From the IMG/VR virus record IMGVR_UViG_3300037470_000624, positions 1-59,446 of that record: DNA of 59,446 nt, one strand, 5' to 3'. The translations under genes were made by a program, and so were the position numbers. Position 1 is the stretch's first letter. Each line of letters starts with the position of its first letter. Positions 1 through 7,377 of this stretch are shown in pieces. The stretch is from a virus. The notes under the pieces are model-generated. The model was given only the letters and a program-made list of their open reading frames with translations, did no database searches and was not told the origin of the DNA.

Positions 1-127
1 GCGGGACGGCCGGGGTAGCCGGCCATCGGGCCCGGGTCCACCAGGAACGTGCAGGAGGCGGTGCGGTTGTCCACCTCGTACCCGATGGCGCTGGCGACCG
101 TGGCAATGTCGCCGCGCTGCTCGATGG
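1..127. repeat. Terminal direct repeat, copy 1 (identical to 59320..59446); most simply a circular-assembly overlap
   Basis: Read base by base, 1..127 equals 59320..59446. The window therefore closes on itself, with a unique length of 59319 bp. Confidence 0.95.
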
Positions 128-302
128 TGGTGCGGTGGGTGTAGCGCCAGATTGCGACCCGCCACCGCTGCGTGTGGGTCAGCCACGCGACCGTGACCTC
201 GTCCTCGTGCCCGATAAGGTCCCACAGTCCTGCGGACTTGAGCGCCTGGACTACCCGGGCGTGCACCTCGTGTACGGCGGCGTCCCGCGCCGACGCGCTC
301 AC
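1..302 (-). CDS. Hypothetical protein, 5' part of a gene split by the window edge (GTG at 302; continues 59319..59043; 192 aa when joined)
   Basis: Hand translation of the minus strand from GTG 300-302 is open to base 1. Through the 127-bp overlap it is in frame with ORF 59043..59393. GTGA overlap with the stop of 299..496. Confidence 0.7.
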   Translation of the reverse strand, partial: MSASARDAAVHEVHARVVQALKSAGLWDLIGHEDEVTVAWLTHTQRWRVAIWRYTHRTTIEQRGDIATVASAIGYEVDNRTASCTFLVDPGPMAGYPGRP

Positions 303-496
303 TGCCAGCTCCCGCTGTGACGCACGGTCGGGGACGCGTACTCCGAGGGGTACACCCGGATGTCCGGCTGGTCGCCCTCCAGCACTCCGACGCACAGCAC
401 GTCCTCGTCCCACCAGACGGTGATGATCGCGTCGCCCGCCTTCACCACTACCCGATCCTCCGTGAGGCTCGGCTGCACCTGCATGACCTTGTCCAC
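299..496 (-). CDS. Hypothetical protein (65 aa)
   Basis: ORF track. GTG start with GGAG 6 nt upstream. Non-repetitive sequence. Confidence 0.6.
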   Translation of the reverse strand: MDKVMQVQPSLTEDRVVVKAGDAIITVWWDEDVLCVGVLEGDQPDIRVYPSEYASPTVRHSGSWQ

Positions 497-534
497 TGCT
501 CGCTCCGTTCTCGGTTGTCGTTGCCGGGTTGACG

Positions 535-560
535 GGCCCCGGGGGAGTGCCCCCGGGGCC
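535..560 (-). terminator. GC-rich hairpin after gene 572..772
   Basis: ggccccggggg / agtg / cccccggggcc. 11-bp stem, 11 nt after the stop codon. Confidence 0.6.
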
Positions 561-571
561 GGGGGGGGCCG

Positions 572-772
572 CTAGGCCCACTGGCCCAGGGACTCCGCCT
601 CCCGCTGGCGCTCCCACGCGGCCAGGCGCGCGGCGCGCTTGGCCATGAGGGTGGCGTAGGTCTCCGCCGGGGCCTCGCCGCGCAGGCGCGCGGTCTGGCG
701 GGCCTTCCACGCGTCGTAGGACGCGGTGCCCTCGTAGAGGTGGGGGAAGGTGGTGGCGGTGGCGGTGGCCAT
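572..772 (-). CDS. Hypothetical protein (66 aa)
   Basis: ATG 770-772 preceded by GGAGGA. Sits between early-type promoter E1 and the hairpin at 535..560. Confidence 0.6.
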   Translation of the reverse strand: MATATATTFPHLYEGTASYDAWKARQTARLRGEAPAETYATLMAKRAARLAAWERQREAESLGQWA

Positions 773-824
773 GGTGTCCTCCGGGGTGGTGGTGGGGGGC
801 GTGCCCCCCGGTGTGTGTAGGACC

Positions 825-868
825 ACTGTACACACAGCCGAGCCCGGCTGTACAGGTTTCCGACACAG
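825..868 (-). promoter_or_regulatory. Early-type promoter E1 (-35 TGTACA, 18-nt spacer, -10 TACAGT, upstream box CTGTGTCGGAAACC)
   Basis: Minus strand reads CTGTGTCGGAAACCTGTACAG-N17-TACAGT. The 21-nt box is identical to those at 28166..28186 and 28539..28559. The inverted repeat TGTGTGTA/TACACACA overlaps the -10. Confidence 0.5.
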
Positions 869-966
869 ATACTTCGGGGAGTTCGCGACCTACCGCCCGG
901 TACACTTCGGAGCGCGTCCTCCCGTCCTGGTCCGGCCGGCGGCACGTGAACCTCCCAGCGCGAAAC

Positions 967-1009
967 GAGGCCCCCACCCTCCACCCGATTCCGGGAGGGC
1001 AGGGGCCTC
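967..1009 (-). terminator. Imperfect two-part hairpin after the holin-like gene
   Basis: gaggcccc..ccctcc / ggaggg..ggggcctc (8+6 bp), about 20 nt after stop 1029. Confidence 0.45.
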
Positions 1010-1028
1010 GTCGCGTGAGGCAGAGCCG

Positions 1029-1553
1029 TCAGCCAGGGGCGTCCTGCTGGAACGGCCACACATGCGTAGCCGACGACTCCGCCGGCTCGCCCTGCTCGCC
1101 CGTGACACGGCGACGCTCCCGCTCACTGCGCACGTGCTCCACCTCCGGAGGCGAGCTGACGGGATGCGGAAGACCGCGAGCCTGCTCCGTGACCACGATC
1201 GGATCCGCCGGGTGGATGTGGAACACCGGGGGAGCGGCCTTACCCGCCTCCATCATGCGAGCCCACAGCGACTCAGGGCCCGGCTCCGGCTCCGGCTCAA
1301 GAAGGTCCGGCCGCGGCGTGTGAGGCGCCGACCACGCCGCCACGTACGCCACCACCAGCGGCACCACGGCCAGCACGAACAGCTCCAGCGGCCCCGGGAC
1401 CGGGGCGTGCAGCGCGTACTCCTCCAGGAGCCACAGCACCAGGCCGGTGAGCGGCGCCGCGAGACCCGCGCCCGCCGCGCCGGCGATGACCTTCCCCTCG
1501 ACCGGCCGGCGGCGGCGGACCCGCAGCTCCTCGGTCATGACGGTGGCCATCAC
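1029..1553 (-). CDS. Holin-like membrane protein
   Basis: Two hydrophobic helices (GAAGAGLAAPLTGLVLWLL; LELFVLAVVPLVVAYVAAW). Start overlaps the endolysin stop (GTGATG). Last gene of the lysis block. Confidence 0.6.
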   Translation of the reverse strand: MMATVMTEELRVRRRRPVEGKVIAGAAGAGLAAPLTGLVLWLLEEYALHAPVPGPLELFVLAVVPLVVAYVAAWSAPHTPRPDLLEPEPEPGPESLWARMMEAGKAAPPVFHIHPADPIVVTEQARGLPHPVSSPPEVEHVRSERERRRVTGEQGEPAESSATHVWPFQQDAPG

Positions 1554-2407
1554 GGGGCCGCCGGCTCGTCGGCGTCCGGGTCCTCGGCATCCACGACGAC
1601 GCGGATGCGGCCCAGCAGCTCGGCCAGCGCGTCCGAATCGCTCGGGTCCAGCGCGCGGACCTCCTCCAGGAGTTCCAGGTGGCGCAGCGCCTGCTCCGCG
1701 TCCCGGGTCTTCTCCTCCGCGTCCCGTCGGACATCATCGCTCGCCGCGGCGAGCAGCGCGTCCAGCTTGGCCCGGGTCTCGGCCGCGAAGCGGCGGAACT
1801 CCACCAGCGTCGCGTTGATCTGCCCGCGTCCACCGCGGGCCAGGTACACCTCGGTCAGCGCGGTGCGGACGGTGGCGCCCGGGGCGTCCTTGTGCAGCGG
1901 CTCGTCGAGTGACATGTCGTCGTCCTCCAGCTCAGGTGTGGGCATGCCGGCGATGACCCAGTCACGCAGGTTGTCGCCGGGGCATTCGGTCCCCGTGTTG
2001 ACGAGGGAGTGGTACCGCTTGGCGAGGGACCGGCCGGCGAGCCTGTTCGCCTCCTGGTAGAGCCACAGAATTGACGCCTTGCCGGCCGCTGTGACGTCGG
2101 CGTTGCCCCCGATGAAACACACGCCGATGTTGGCCGTGTTGTTGTCCCTGGCGTGCGCCCCGATCGCCGCCCAGGAGTGGAGCCTGCCCAGGTACACCCG
2201 GCCGGCCCGGTCCACCAGGAAGTTGTACCCGATGTCGCCCCACCCCTTGCTCAGGTGGTAGTCCTGGATCGCCCGGACCCTCTGGTCCGGGGGACCAGCG
2301 GAGTAGTGGGTGATGAACCCAGTCCGCCTATCCCAGGTCGTCGTGTACACCTCCAGGCCCGTCTCCTGGGCGCCCCACTGCGCTCTCGTGATGATCGTTG
2401 GCGTCAT
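1550..2407 (-). CDS. Endolysin, N-acetylmuramoyl-L-alanine amidase (PGRP/amidase_2-like) with C-terminal coiled-coil region
   Basis: Motifs ITHYSAG, GWGDIGYNFLVDRAGRVY, GAHARDNNTANIGVCFIG and TECPGD are typical of amidase_2. Confidence 0.8.
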   Translation of the reverse strand: MTPTIITRAQWGAQETGLEVYTTTWDRRTGFITHYSAGPPDQRVRAIQDYHLSKGWGDIGYNFLVDRAGRVYLGRLHSWAAIGAHARDNNTANIGVCFIGGNADVTAAGKASILWLYQEANRLAGRSLAKRYHSLVNTGTECPGDNLRDWVIAGMPTPELEDDDMSLDEPLHKDAPGATVRTALTEVYLARGGRGQINATLVEFRRFAAETRAKLDALLAAASDDVRRDAEEKTRDAEQALRHLELLEEVRALDPSDSDALAELLGRIRVVVDAEDPDADEPAAP

Positions 2408-3100
2408 CTAACCGCCTGCCTTCCTGTTGACCTGCTCCGTGCAGACGTATCGCGGTGCGGCCGGGTCGAACCCTTGCGCCGGCGAGCACGTGACCGTGCG
2501 CTCGGCCCCGGCCCTGTCTGTCCATGTGAACGTCCAGCCCGCCGGGGGAGCCCCGTCCGCCCCGTCGGTACCGTCCGCGCCGTCCGCCCCGTCGGCGCCG
2601 TCTGCGCCGTCCTCACCCGGCGCCCCGTCCGCGCCGTCCGCCCCATCCTGCCCCGCCGGTCCGACGCAACGCGTGACCGACGCGAGGCACGGCGCAGACG
2701 CCCCTGGAGCCCCGGGGGTACCCGGGGTACCGGGGCGACCCTGCGGGCCCTGCTGCGGCAGCGGGAGCAGGCCGGCGACCACCGCAGCGATCTGCTCGTA
2801 GTCCAGCTCCCTGTCCCTGACCGCCGGCGCCGGCGGGGTGAGCTGCGAGAGCCCCTGTTGCTTGGCCCGTTCCTGCTCGGCGGTGAGCAGCGCCGCCAGC
2901 GCCTCCGAGGTGCGCTCCTCCCGCTCCGTGGCCGCACGGGCCCGGTCCCCGGCCTGATCCGCCGCGGTCCACAACAGCAGCGCGGCCGCGGTCGATCCCG
3001 TGGCCAGGGTGACGGCCACCCACATGCCCAGCACCGACTTGTCCAGCCGGCGACGTCGCCGCGGCGTGTCCGTTTCGTTCCCGGCCTCGAGTCCTGTCAC
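2408..3100 (-). CDS. Membrane-anchored coiled-coil protein with collagen-like Gly-X-Y repeats (230 aa)
   Basis: GTG 3098-3100 in a GTGA overlap. TM helix WVAVTLATGSTAAALLLW. GPQGRPGTPGTPGAPGAS and GPAGQDGADGADGAPGEDGADGADGADGADGTDGADGA. Confidence 0.65.
   Translation of the reverse strand: MTGLEAGNETDTPRRRRRLDKSVLGMWVAVTLATGSTAAALLLWTAADQAGDRARAATEREERTSEALAALLTAEQERAKQQGLSQLTPPAPAVRDRELDYEQIAAVVAGLLPLPQQGPQGRPGTPGTPGAPGASAPCLASVTRCVGPAGQDGADGADGAPGEDGADGADGADGADGTDGADGAPPAGWTFTWTDRAGAERTVTCSPAQGFDPAAPRYVCTEQVNRKAGG
2549..2749 (-). repeat. 9-bp-periodic coding repeats (collagen-like triplets)
   Basis: Runs of gccgtccgc-type units encode about 19 G-X-Y triplets in two blocks. Confidence 0.8.
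3068..3094 (-). repeat. Dispersed 27-mer family, diverged copy (2 mismatches)
   Basis: gtccgtttcgttcccggcctcgagtcc compared with the exact 27-mers at 19310 and 46551. Encodes LEAGNETD. Confidence 0.7.
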
Positions 3101-3573
3101 GCGCTCTCCTGATAGGTCGCCAGCAGACGCTCCAGCTCGGCGATGCGCCTGTCCTTGCTCAACAGCTGGTCCGACAGCTCGTCGACCTTGCGGCTGAGCG
3201 CGTCGACGTCCGCCTTGAGTGCCTGATTGTCCCGGTGGATGACCAGCATGGCGTCGAGTAGCCGGTCGTCGACAGAGCCGCCCTCGCCCGGCTGTCGCTG
3301 CCTGGGCACCGCGACCTGGCCCGCCTCGTCGACGTCGCCGTCCCGGTCGCCGTGCCGGTCGCCGCGCCGGCGAGCAAGCGACGCGATCGCCGCGACCGCG
3401 ATACCCGCCGCCGCGGTGATCGCCGTAGCGATGACCGCCGAGTCCACCAGCGGCGCGTCCGCTACCGCGGCCGCGATGCGCTCCGGCACCAGCAGCGCCG
3501 CCCCACCCAGGACCACCAGGAACGCAACGCGCCCCCTGGGTGCCCCCGCCCCCTGTCTTACCCCTGCGCTCAC
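3097..3573 (-). CDS. Membrane protein with C-terminal coiled coil (158 aa)
   Basis: GTG 3571-3573 after GGGGGGAAGGG. Two hydrophobic segments, then a heptad-like region KADVDALSRKVDELSDQLLSKDRRIAELERLL. Confidence 0.55.
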   Translation of the reverse strand: MSAGVRQGAGAPRGRVAFLVVLGGAALLVPERIAAAVADAPLVDSAVIATAITAAAGIAVAAIASLARRRGDRHGDRDGDVDEAGQVAVPRQRQPGEGGSVDDRLLDAMLVIHRDNQALKADVDALSRKVDELSDQLLSKDRRIAELERLLATYQESA

Positions 3574-3587
3574 CGCACCCTTCCCCC

Positions 3588-4196
3588 CTACAGCGTGATG
3601 CCGAAACCTTCGATGCGCTCCGTGGTCTGGATATACGTGGTGGTGCCTGCGAAGCCCCGGATCCGCGGGGTGACGCGCCACGTCGAGGCCTGGCCAGGGG
3701 TGAGGAGCGCAACGATCTGCTGCGTCCACGTGCCCGGCCACGCGGTCTGGCCGGGCATGATGCCGGTCGGTCGGTAGTTGGCTTCCTTGATCACGTAGGT
3801 GGGGGTCGGGTTGTCCCGGGTGACCGACACTTCGAAGCTGGAGAACGTGCCCGAGGTGCCATCCGCCTGGCCCACGTAGAAGTCGACCGTGACCGTGGCC
3901 ACCAGCAGCATGGTGAGCAGCGCCGACGGGTTAGTGATGTTGGCCACCAGCGGCGAACCGGTGGCGAACGACACGCCGAATGAGGTGTTGGGGGCCTGCG
4001 AGTGGGTGTGAGCCACCTGCAGGATCTCCTTCTCCGGCGCCACCCACAGCCCGCCGGACGGGTCGCACTTGAGCCCGTTCGTGTCGGTCGGGTCCGAGGT
4101 GAACGGCCACGCCTCACACGCCCCGTCGCCCAGACGGTTGAGGCCCAGGACGCCGTCAACGACGGTGAAGTCATCGGTAACGCAGACGTTGGCCAT
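3588..4196 (-). CDS. Virion structural/minor tail protein candidate (202 aa)
   Basis: ATG after GGGAG. Immediately follows the fibre paralogs. No recognisable motif. Confidence 0.5.
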   Translation of the reverse strand: MANVCVTDDFTVVDGVLGLNRLGDGACEAWPFTSDPTDTNGLKCDPSGGLWVAPEKEILQVAHTHSQAPNTSFGVSFATGSPLVANITNPSALLTMLLVATVTVDFYVGQADGTSGTFSSFEVSVTRDNPTPTYVIKEANYRPTGIMPGQTAWPGTWTQQIVALLTPGQASTWRVTPRIRGFAGTTTYIQTTERIEGFGITL

Positions 4197-4207
4197 GGGT
4201 CTCCCTG

Positions 4208-5317
4208 CTAGTTAGCGCCGACGTAGAAGTCCACGCCGTCGAGCGAGATGTACGTGTAGGTGCCGCCGGTCTGCGTGGTGACCACGCCCGCGGTCGAGAT
4301 GTCCAGCCGTACCAGCGTCTGCGGCGACCGCGCCGTGACGTCGAGGTGCACCGTCCGGAGCGGCCAGTGCCCGGCCGGTAGCGTCGCGATCGCCTGCCCC
4401 GCGGCCGGGGTGCCGTCGGTGTCGATGCGGCCCCGCAGGTCGATCTTGTCCCCGCCCACCGACAGGCGGGCCCGCGGCTCGTACTCCACGCCGCCGGCGT
4501 TGGGCAGGAACCCATTGCTGTAGGCGGTGAGCGCTTCCCACGAGCCAAACCCGCCGTACTGCTGTACGAGGTCCAGACCAATATCGCGCAGGCGGTACCC
4601 GAGGTTGGCCGTGCCCGCCCGGTAGATCTGGACGGTGTCGATGTCCTGCCGGGAGTAGATGATCGCGGCCGTCTTGTCATAGCCCAGCGCGGCCGGGTCC
4701 GGGGTGAGCACCCGCAGCGCGCCCACCTCGTCCAGCCAGAACGTCTCGGTGACGTCCCAGAACACGCGGAACACGTGCTCCGAGGTGACCGGGTCCGTAC
4801 CCGCAACGGTGTCAATGCGGATAGCGGTGGTGAGGTCGTCCGGGAGGTCCCACGTCTTCGACCCGGTGACGGTCTGGTCCGTGCCCAGGGTCATGAACGT
4901 GGCCACGTCCGCCGCGGCGGAGTAGAGCCCCCCGTCGGTGCCAAACACGACGGTGTTGTCCGCGTCGGTCGACAGGAACGCCGAGATGGTATTTCCCGCG
5001 TCGTCGTACTCCAGGCCGTCGCCGAGCGCGGCCCCGATGATGTCCTGGGTGGCCTCCGTCGACGGGGTGACGGTGCCGGCGATGACCACGCCGGAGATGA
5101 CGTACGGGTCGCCGAGCGCGCCGGTGCCCGTGATCGTCATGTCGATGGTCGCGGTATCGGCGACGGTGACCGCGGTGTCCCCGCCGATCGCCCCGGAGAA
5201 CGCAACCACGTAGGGCGCCTCAGCCGACCCTGATCCGGTTACGACGATCGGGTCCTCGCCGGTCACGATGCAGCTACAGCCACCACCGGACCCGCTACCG
5301 CAGCCGCACCGAGCCAT
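4208..5317 (-). CDS. Tail fibre/receptor-binding protein paralog B (369 aa)
   Basis: N-terminal ~130 aa are nearly identical to 5434..6627 (MARCGCG..GSGGGC.C, TITGTGALGDPYVISGVV, PSTEATQDIIGAALGDGLEYDDA). C-terminus is divergent. Confidence 0.65.
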   Translation of the reverse strand: MARCGCGSGSGGGCSCIVTGEDPIVVTGSGSAEAPYVVAFSGAIGGDTAVTVADTATIDMTITGTGALGDPYVISGVVIAGTVTPSTEATQDIIGAALGDGLEYDDAGNTISAFLSTDADNTVVFGTDGGLYSAAADVATFMTLGTDQTVTGSKTWDLPDDLTTAIRIDTVAGTDPVTSEHVFRVFWDVTETFWLDEVGALRVLTPDPAALGYDKTAAIIYSRQDIDTVQIYRAGTANLGYRLRDIGLDLVQQYGGFGSWEALTAYSNGFLPNAGGVEYEPRARLSVGGDKIDLRGRIDTDGTPAAGQAIATLPAGHWPLRTVHLDVTARSPQTLVRLDISTAGVVTTQTGGTYTYISLDGVDFYVGAN

Positions 5318-5337
5318 GAAGTCCTCCCAGGGGAGCA

Positions 5338-5371
5338 CCCGGCCCACAGCCAGCGGTCTACGCGCAGCATA
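5338..5371 (-). promoter_or_regulatory. Late-type signal L1 (-10-like TATGCT + conserved leader CCGCTGGCTGTGGGCCGGG)
   Basis: The 19-mer is identical at 6656, 21740 and 24972. It lies 20 nt upstream of ATG 5317. Confidence 0.55.
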
Positions 5372-5433
5372 GCCGCGGCGACGCGGGGGACCGGGACGCT
5401 ACGAAGCGGTGAGGGGCAGGGCGCCCCGCCGCC

Positions 5434-6627
5434 CTAGGCGTCCCGGGTGATGCGGATACCGTCGAGTGAGATCGACAGGGCGCCGGCCGCGACCGCCACC
5501 GCGCACGACAGCTTGCCGTCCGCGTGGATCTTGACCGCGCCGTAGATGCCCGTGGCCGCTTCGAAGTGAGACGGGACCCTGGTGTCCCGCGCGGGGTTCA
5601 TCGGCTGCGCCAGCGCGTAGAGCAGGGTGGTGGTGGGCAGCGCGCTGGCCATGACGTCGCCCACCGCTGTCACGCCGCCAACGATGTCGATCTGCCCGCG
5701 GAACTCCACCGAGTTGCCGCCGGCGACCAGACGGCACTCCGGGGCCTCGTAGTCGGTGCCCGAGCCTGGGGCGTGCGCGGTGTACCGGCCGGCGACGGTG
5801 GGGGAGTCGATCGTGATCGCCGTCCACGCCGACTCGTGGGTGTTGCGGCCCCACACGTCGCCCTCCGCGGTGACGAACGCCCGCGGGACCGTGGATGCCT
5901 CGCCCTGGAGCGCCCATGAGGTCGCGTGGCCGGTTGTGCCCGCCCGGTTGAAGATCCGGAACGTGACTTCGGAGTTGGCCGCGCCCACGGAGTGCCGGAT
6001 GCGAGGCATACCCACCTCGTTGCACCAGAACACGTTTTGCAGCGTCGCGAAGTCCAGGCCGAACTCGACGACGAACATGTCCTCCGCGGCGCCGGTACGC
6101 GCCCCCCACCCTTGGACGATAAGGGGGAGGATCGCCTCGTCGTCGCCGTCGCCCTGCCGGAAGATCGACTGCGCGGTGAACATGTTGTCGATCGACAGCC
6201 GGGCGAAATCGGTTGTGTCGGTGAACCCGTACAGGCCGCCGTCGGTGCCGAAGACCAGGGCGTTGTCCGCGTCGGTCGAGATGAACGCAGAGATGGTGTT
6301 GAGCGCGTCGTCGTACTCCAGGCCGTCGCCCAGGGCCGCGCCGATGATGTCCTGTGTCGCCTCCGTCGAGGGGACGACTACCCCGTCCGGGACTACCCCG
6401 GAGATGACGTACGGGTCACCCAGCGCGCCGGTGCCCGTGATGGTGAGGTCCAGCGTCGCCGTGTCCAGGACGGTGACCCCGGTGTCCCCGCCCACGTTGC
6501 CGGTGAACGTGACCACGTACGGGGTCTCCGGCGCGCCCGTGCCGGTGACCTCGATATCCGCGCCGCCCGTGACGACGCAGTTGCACCCGCCGCCGCTACC
6601 GGTCCCGCCGCATCCGCACCGCGCCAT
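5434..6627 (-). CDS. Tail fibre/receptor-binding protein paralog A (397 aa)
   Basis: Shares its N-terminal module with 4208..5317. Has its own late-type signal L2. Confidence 0.65.
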   Translation of the reverse strand: MARCGCGGTGSGGGCNCVVTGGADIEVTGTGAPETPYVVTFTGNVGGDTGVTVLDTATLDLTITGTGALGDPYVISGVVPDGVVVPSTEATQDIIGAALGDGLEYDDALNTISAFISTDADNALVFGTDGGLYGFTDTTDFARLSIDNMFTAQSIFRQGDGDDEAILPLIVQGWGARTGAAEDMFVVEFGLDFATLQNVFWCNEVGMPRIRHSVGAANSEVTFRIFNRAGTTGHATSWALQGEASTVPRAFVTAEGDVWGRNTHESAWTAITIDSPTVAGRYTAHAPGSGTDYEAPECRLVAGGNSVEFRGQIDIVGGVTAVGDVMASALPTTTLLYALAQPMNPARDTRVPSHFEAATGIYGAVKIHADGKLSCAVAVAAGALSISLDGIRITRDA

Positions 6628-6655
6628 GCCCCGCTCCTCGACCTACCCAGGGGAG

Positions 6656-6690
6656 CCCGGCCCACAGCCAGCGGCGACACAGCGAGCCTA
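6656..6690 (-). promoter_or_regulatory. Late-type signal L2 (TAGGCT + CCGCTGGCTGTGGGCCGGG)
   Basis: TAGGCT overlaps the queC stop codon. The 19-mer ends 28 nt before ATG 6627. Confidence 0.55.
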
Positions 6691-7377
6691 CCGCCCGACG
6701 ACCGTAGGGCTGTCTGCCTCGTACACCGTGGGGTCCAGCGCGCCAGCCTGCCGGAAGGCCTCCGCCCGGCCGGCGCACGCCGCGCAGGTACCGCAGTGCT
6801 CGGCCCCGCCGCGGTAGCAGGACCAGGTGAGGTCAAGGGGGACGCCGAGCTCCAGTCCCCGGCGCACGACCCGCGCCTTGCCCCAGTCCATGAACGGGGC
6901 CTCTACCCGGACCATCGGGGCGGCGCCTTCGTTGGCCACCCGGACCAGGCGGTCGAGCTGGGTCACGAACTCCGGCCGGCAGTCGGGGAACACGTGGTGA
7001 TCACCCGCGTGCATGCCCAGGACCACTACCTCCGCGCTCCTGGCCACCGCGACGCCGGCGGCGACGTTGGCCAGGATCGCGTTGCGGTTGGGAACGATGA
7101 CGGCCGACGCCGGCGCCGTGCCCTGCTCGGCCGGGACGCCGATGGCGCGGTCGGTGAGCGCGCTGGTGAGCAGGCCGCCGAGGGCGGAGAGGTCCGCCAC
7201 GATGTGCTCCGCGTCGTAGAACTGGGCGATCCGGGCCGCCGCGGCCAGCTCCCGCTGGTGACGCTGGCCGTAGTTGATCGACACGGCCAGGGGCCGATAC
7301 CCGTAGTAGGCGTAATGGGCGAGCGCGACGGTGGAGTCCACGCCGCCTGATAGGACGATGACAGCCGTTCCGGTCAT
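6688..7377 (-). CDS. queC: 7-cyano-7-deazaguanine synthase QueC
   Basis: VLSGGVDSTV PP-loop, NRNAIL, and a C-terminal Cys cluster SCYRGGAEHCGTCAACAGR. ATGA overlap with the upstream ORF. Confidence 0.85.
   Translation of the reverse strand: MTGTAVIVLSGGVDSTVALAHYAYYGYRPLAVSINYGQRHQRELAAAARIAQFYDAEHIVADLSALGGLLTSALTDRAIGVPAEQGTAPASAVIVPNRNAILANVAAGVAVARSAEVVVLGMHAGDHHVFPDCRPEFVTQLDRLVRVANEGAAPMVRVEAPFMDWGKARVVRRGLELGVPLDLTWSCYRGGAEHCGTCAACAGRAEAFRQAGALDPTVYEADSPTVVGR

Noticed and set aside
750-2060. Long plus-strand ORF (436 aa) and many similar long ORFs antisense or out of frame to the called genes. Examples are 5926..7350 +, 11147..12868 +, 14107..15546 +, 22560..25010 +, 28770..30743 + and 54843..56777 +.
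   Set aside because: Their translations are Arg/Pro/Gly/Ala-rich low-complexity strings typical of shadow ORFs in very GC-rich DNA. They overlap genes with clear motifs on the other strand.
2549-2749. Short tandem repeats that might suggest a CRISPR array or VNTR locus.
   Set aside because: The period is 9 bp, there are no spacers, and the repeats lie in frame within a Gly-X-Y coding tract. No CRISPR-like repeat-spacer structure was seen anywhere in the window.
5338-5356. Reading the conserved CTGGC..GGGCC leader as a sigma-54 (-24 GG / -12 GC) promoter.
   Set aside because: The spacing does not fit TGGCAC-N5-TTGC, sigma-54 is not expected in GC-rich actinobacterial hosts, and a TAGGCT -10-like box sits just upstream.
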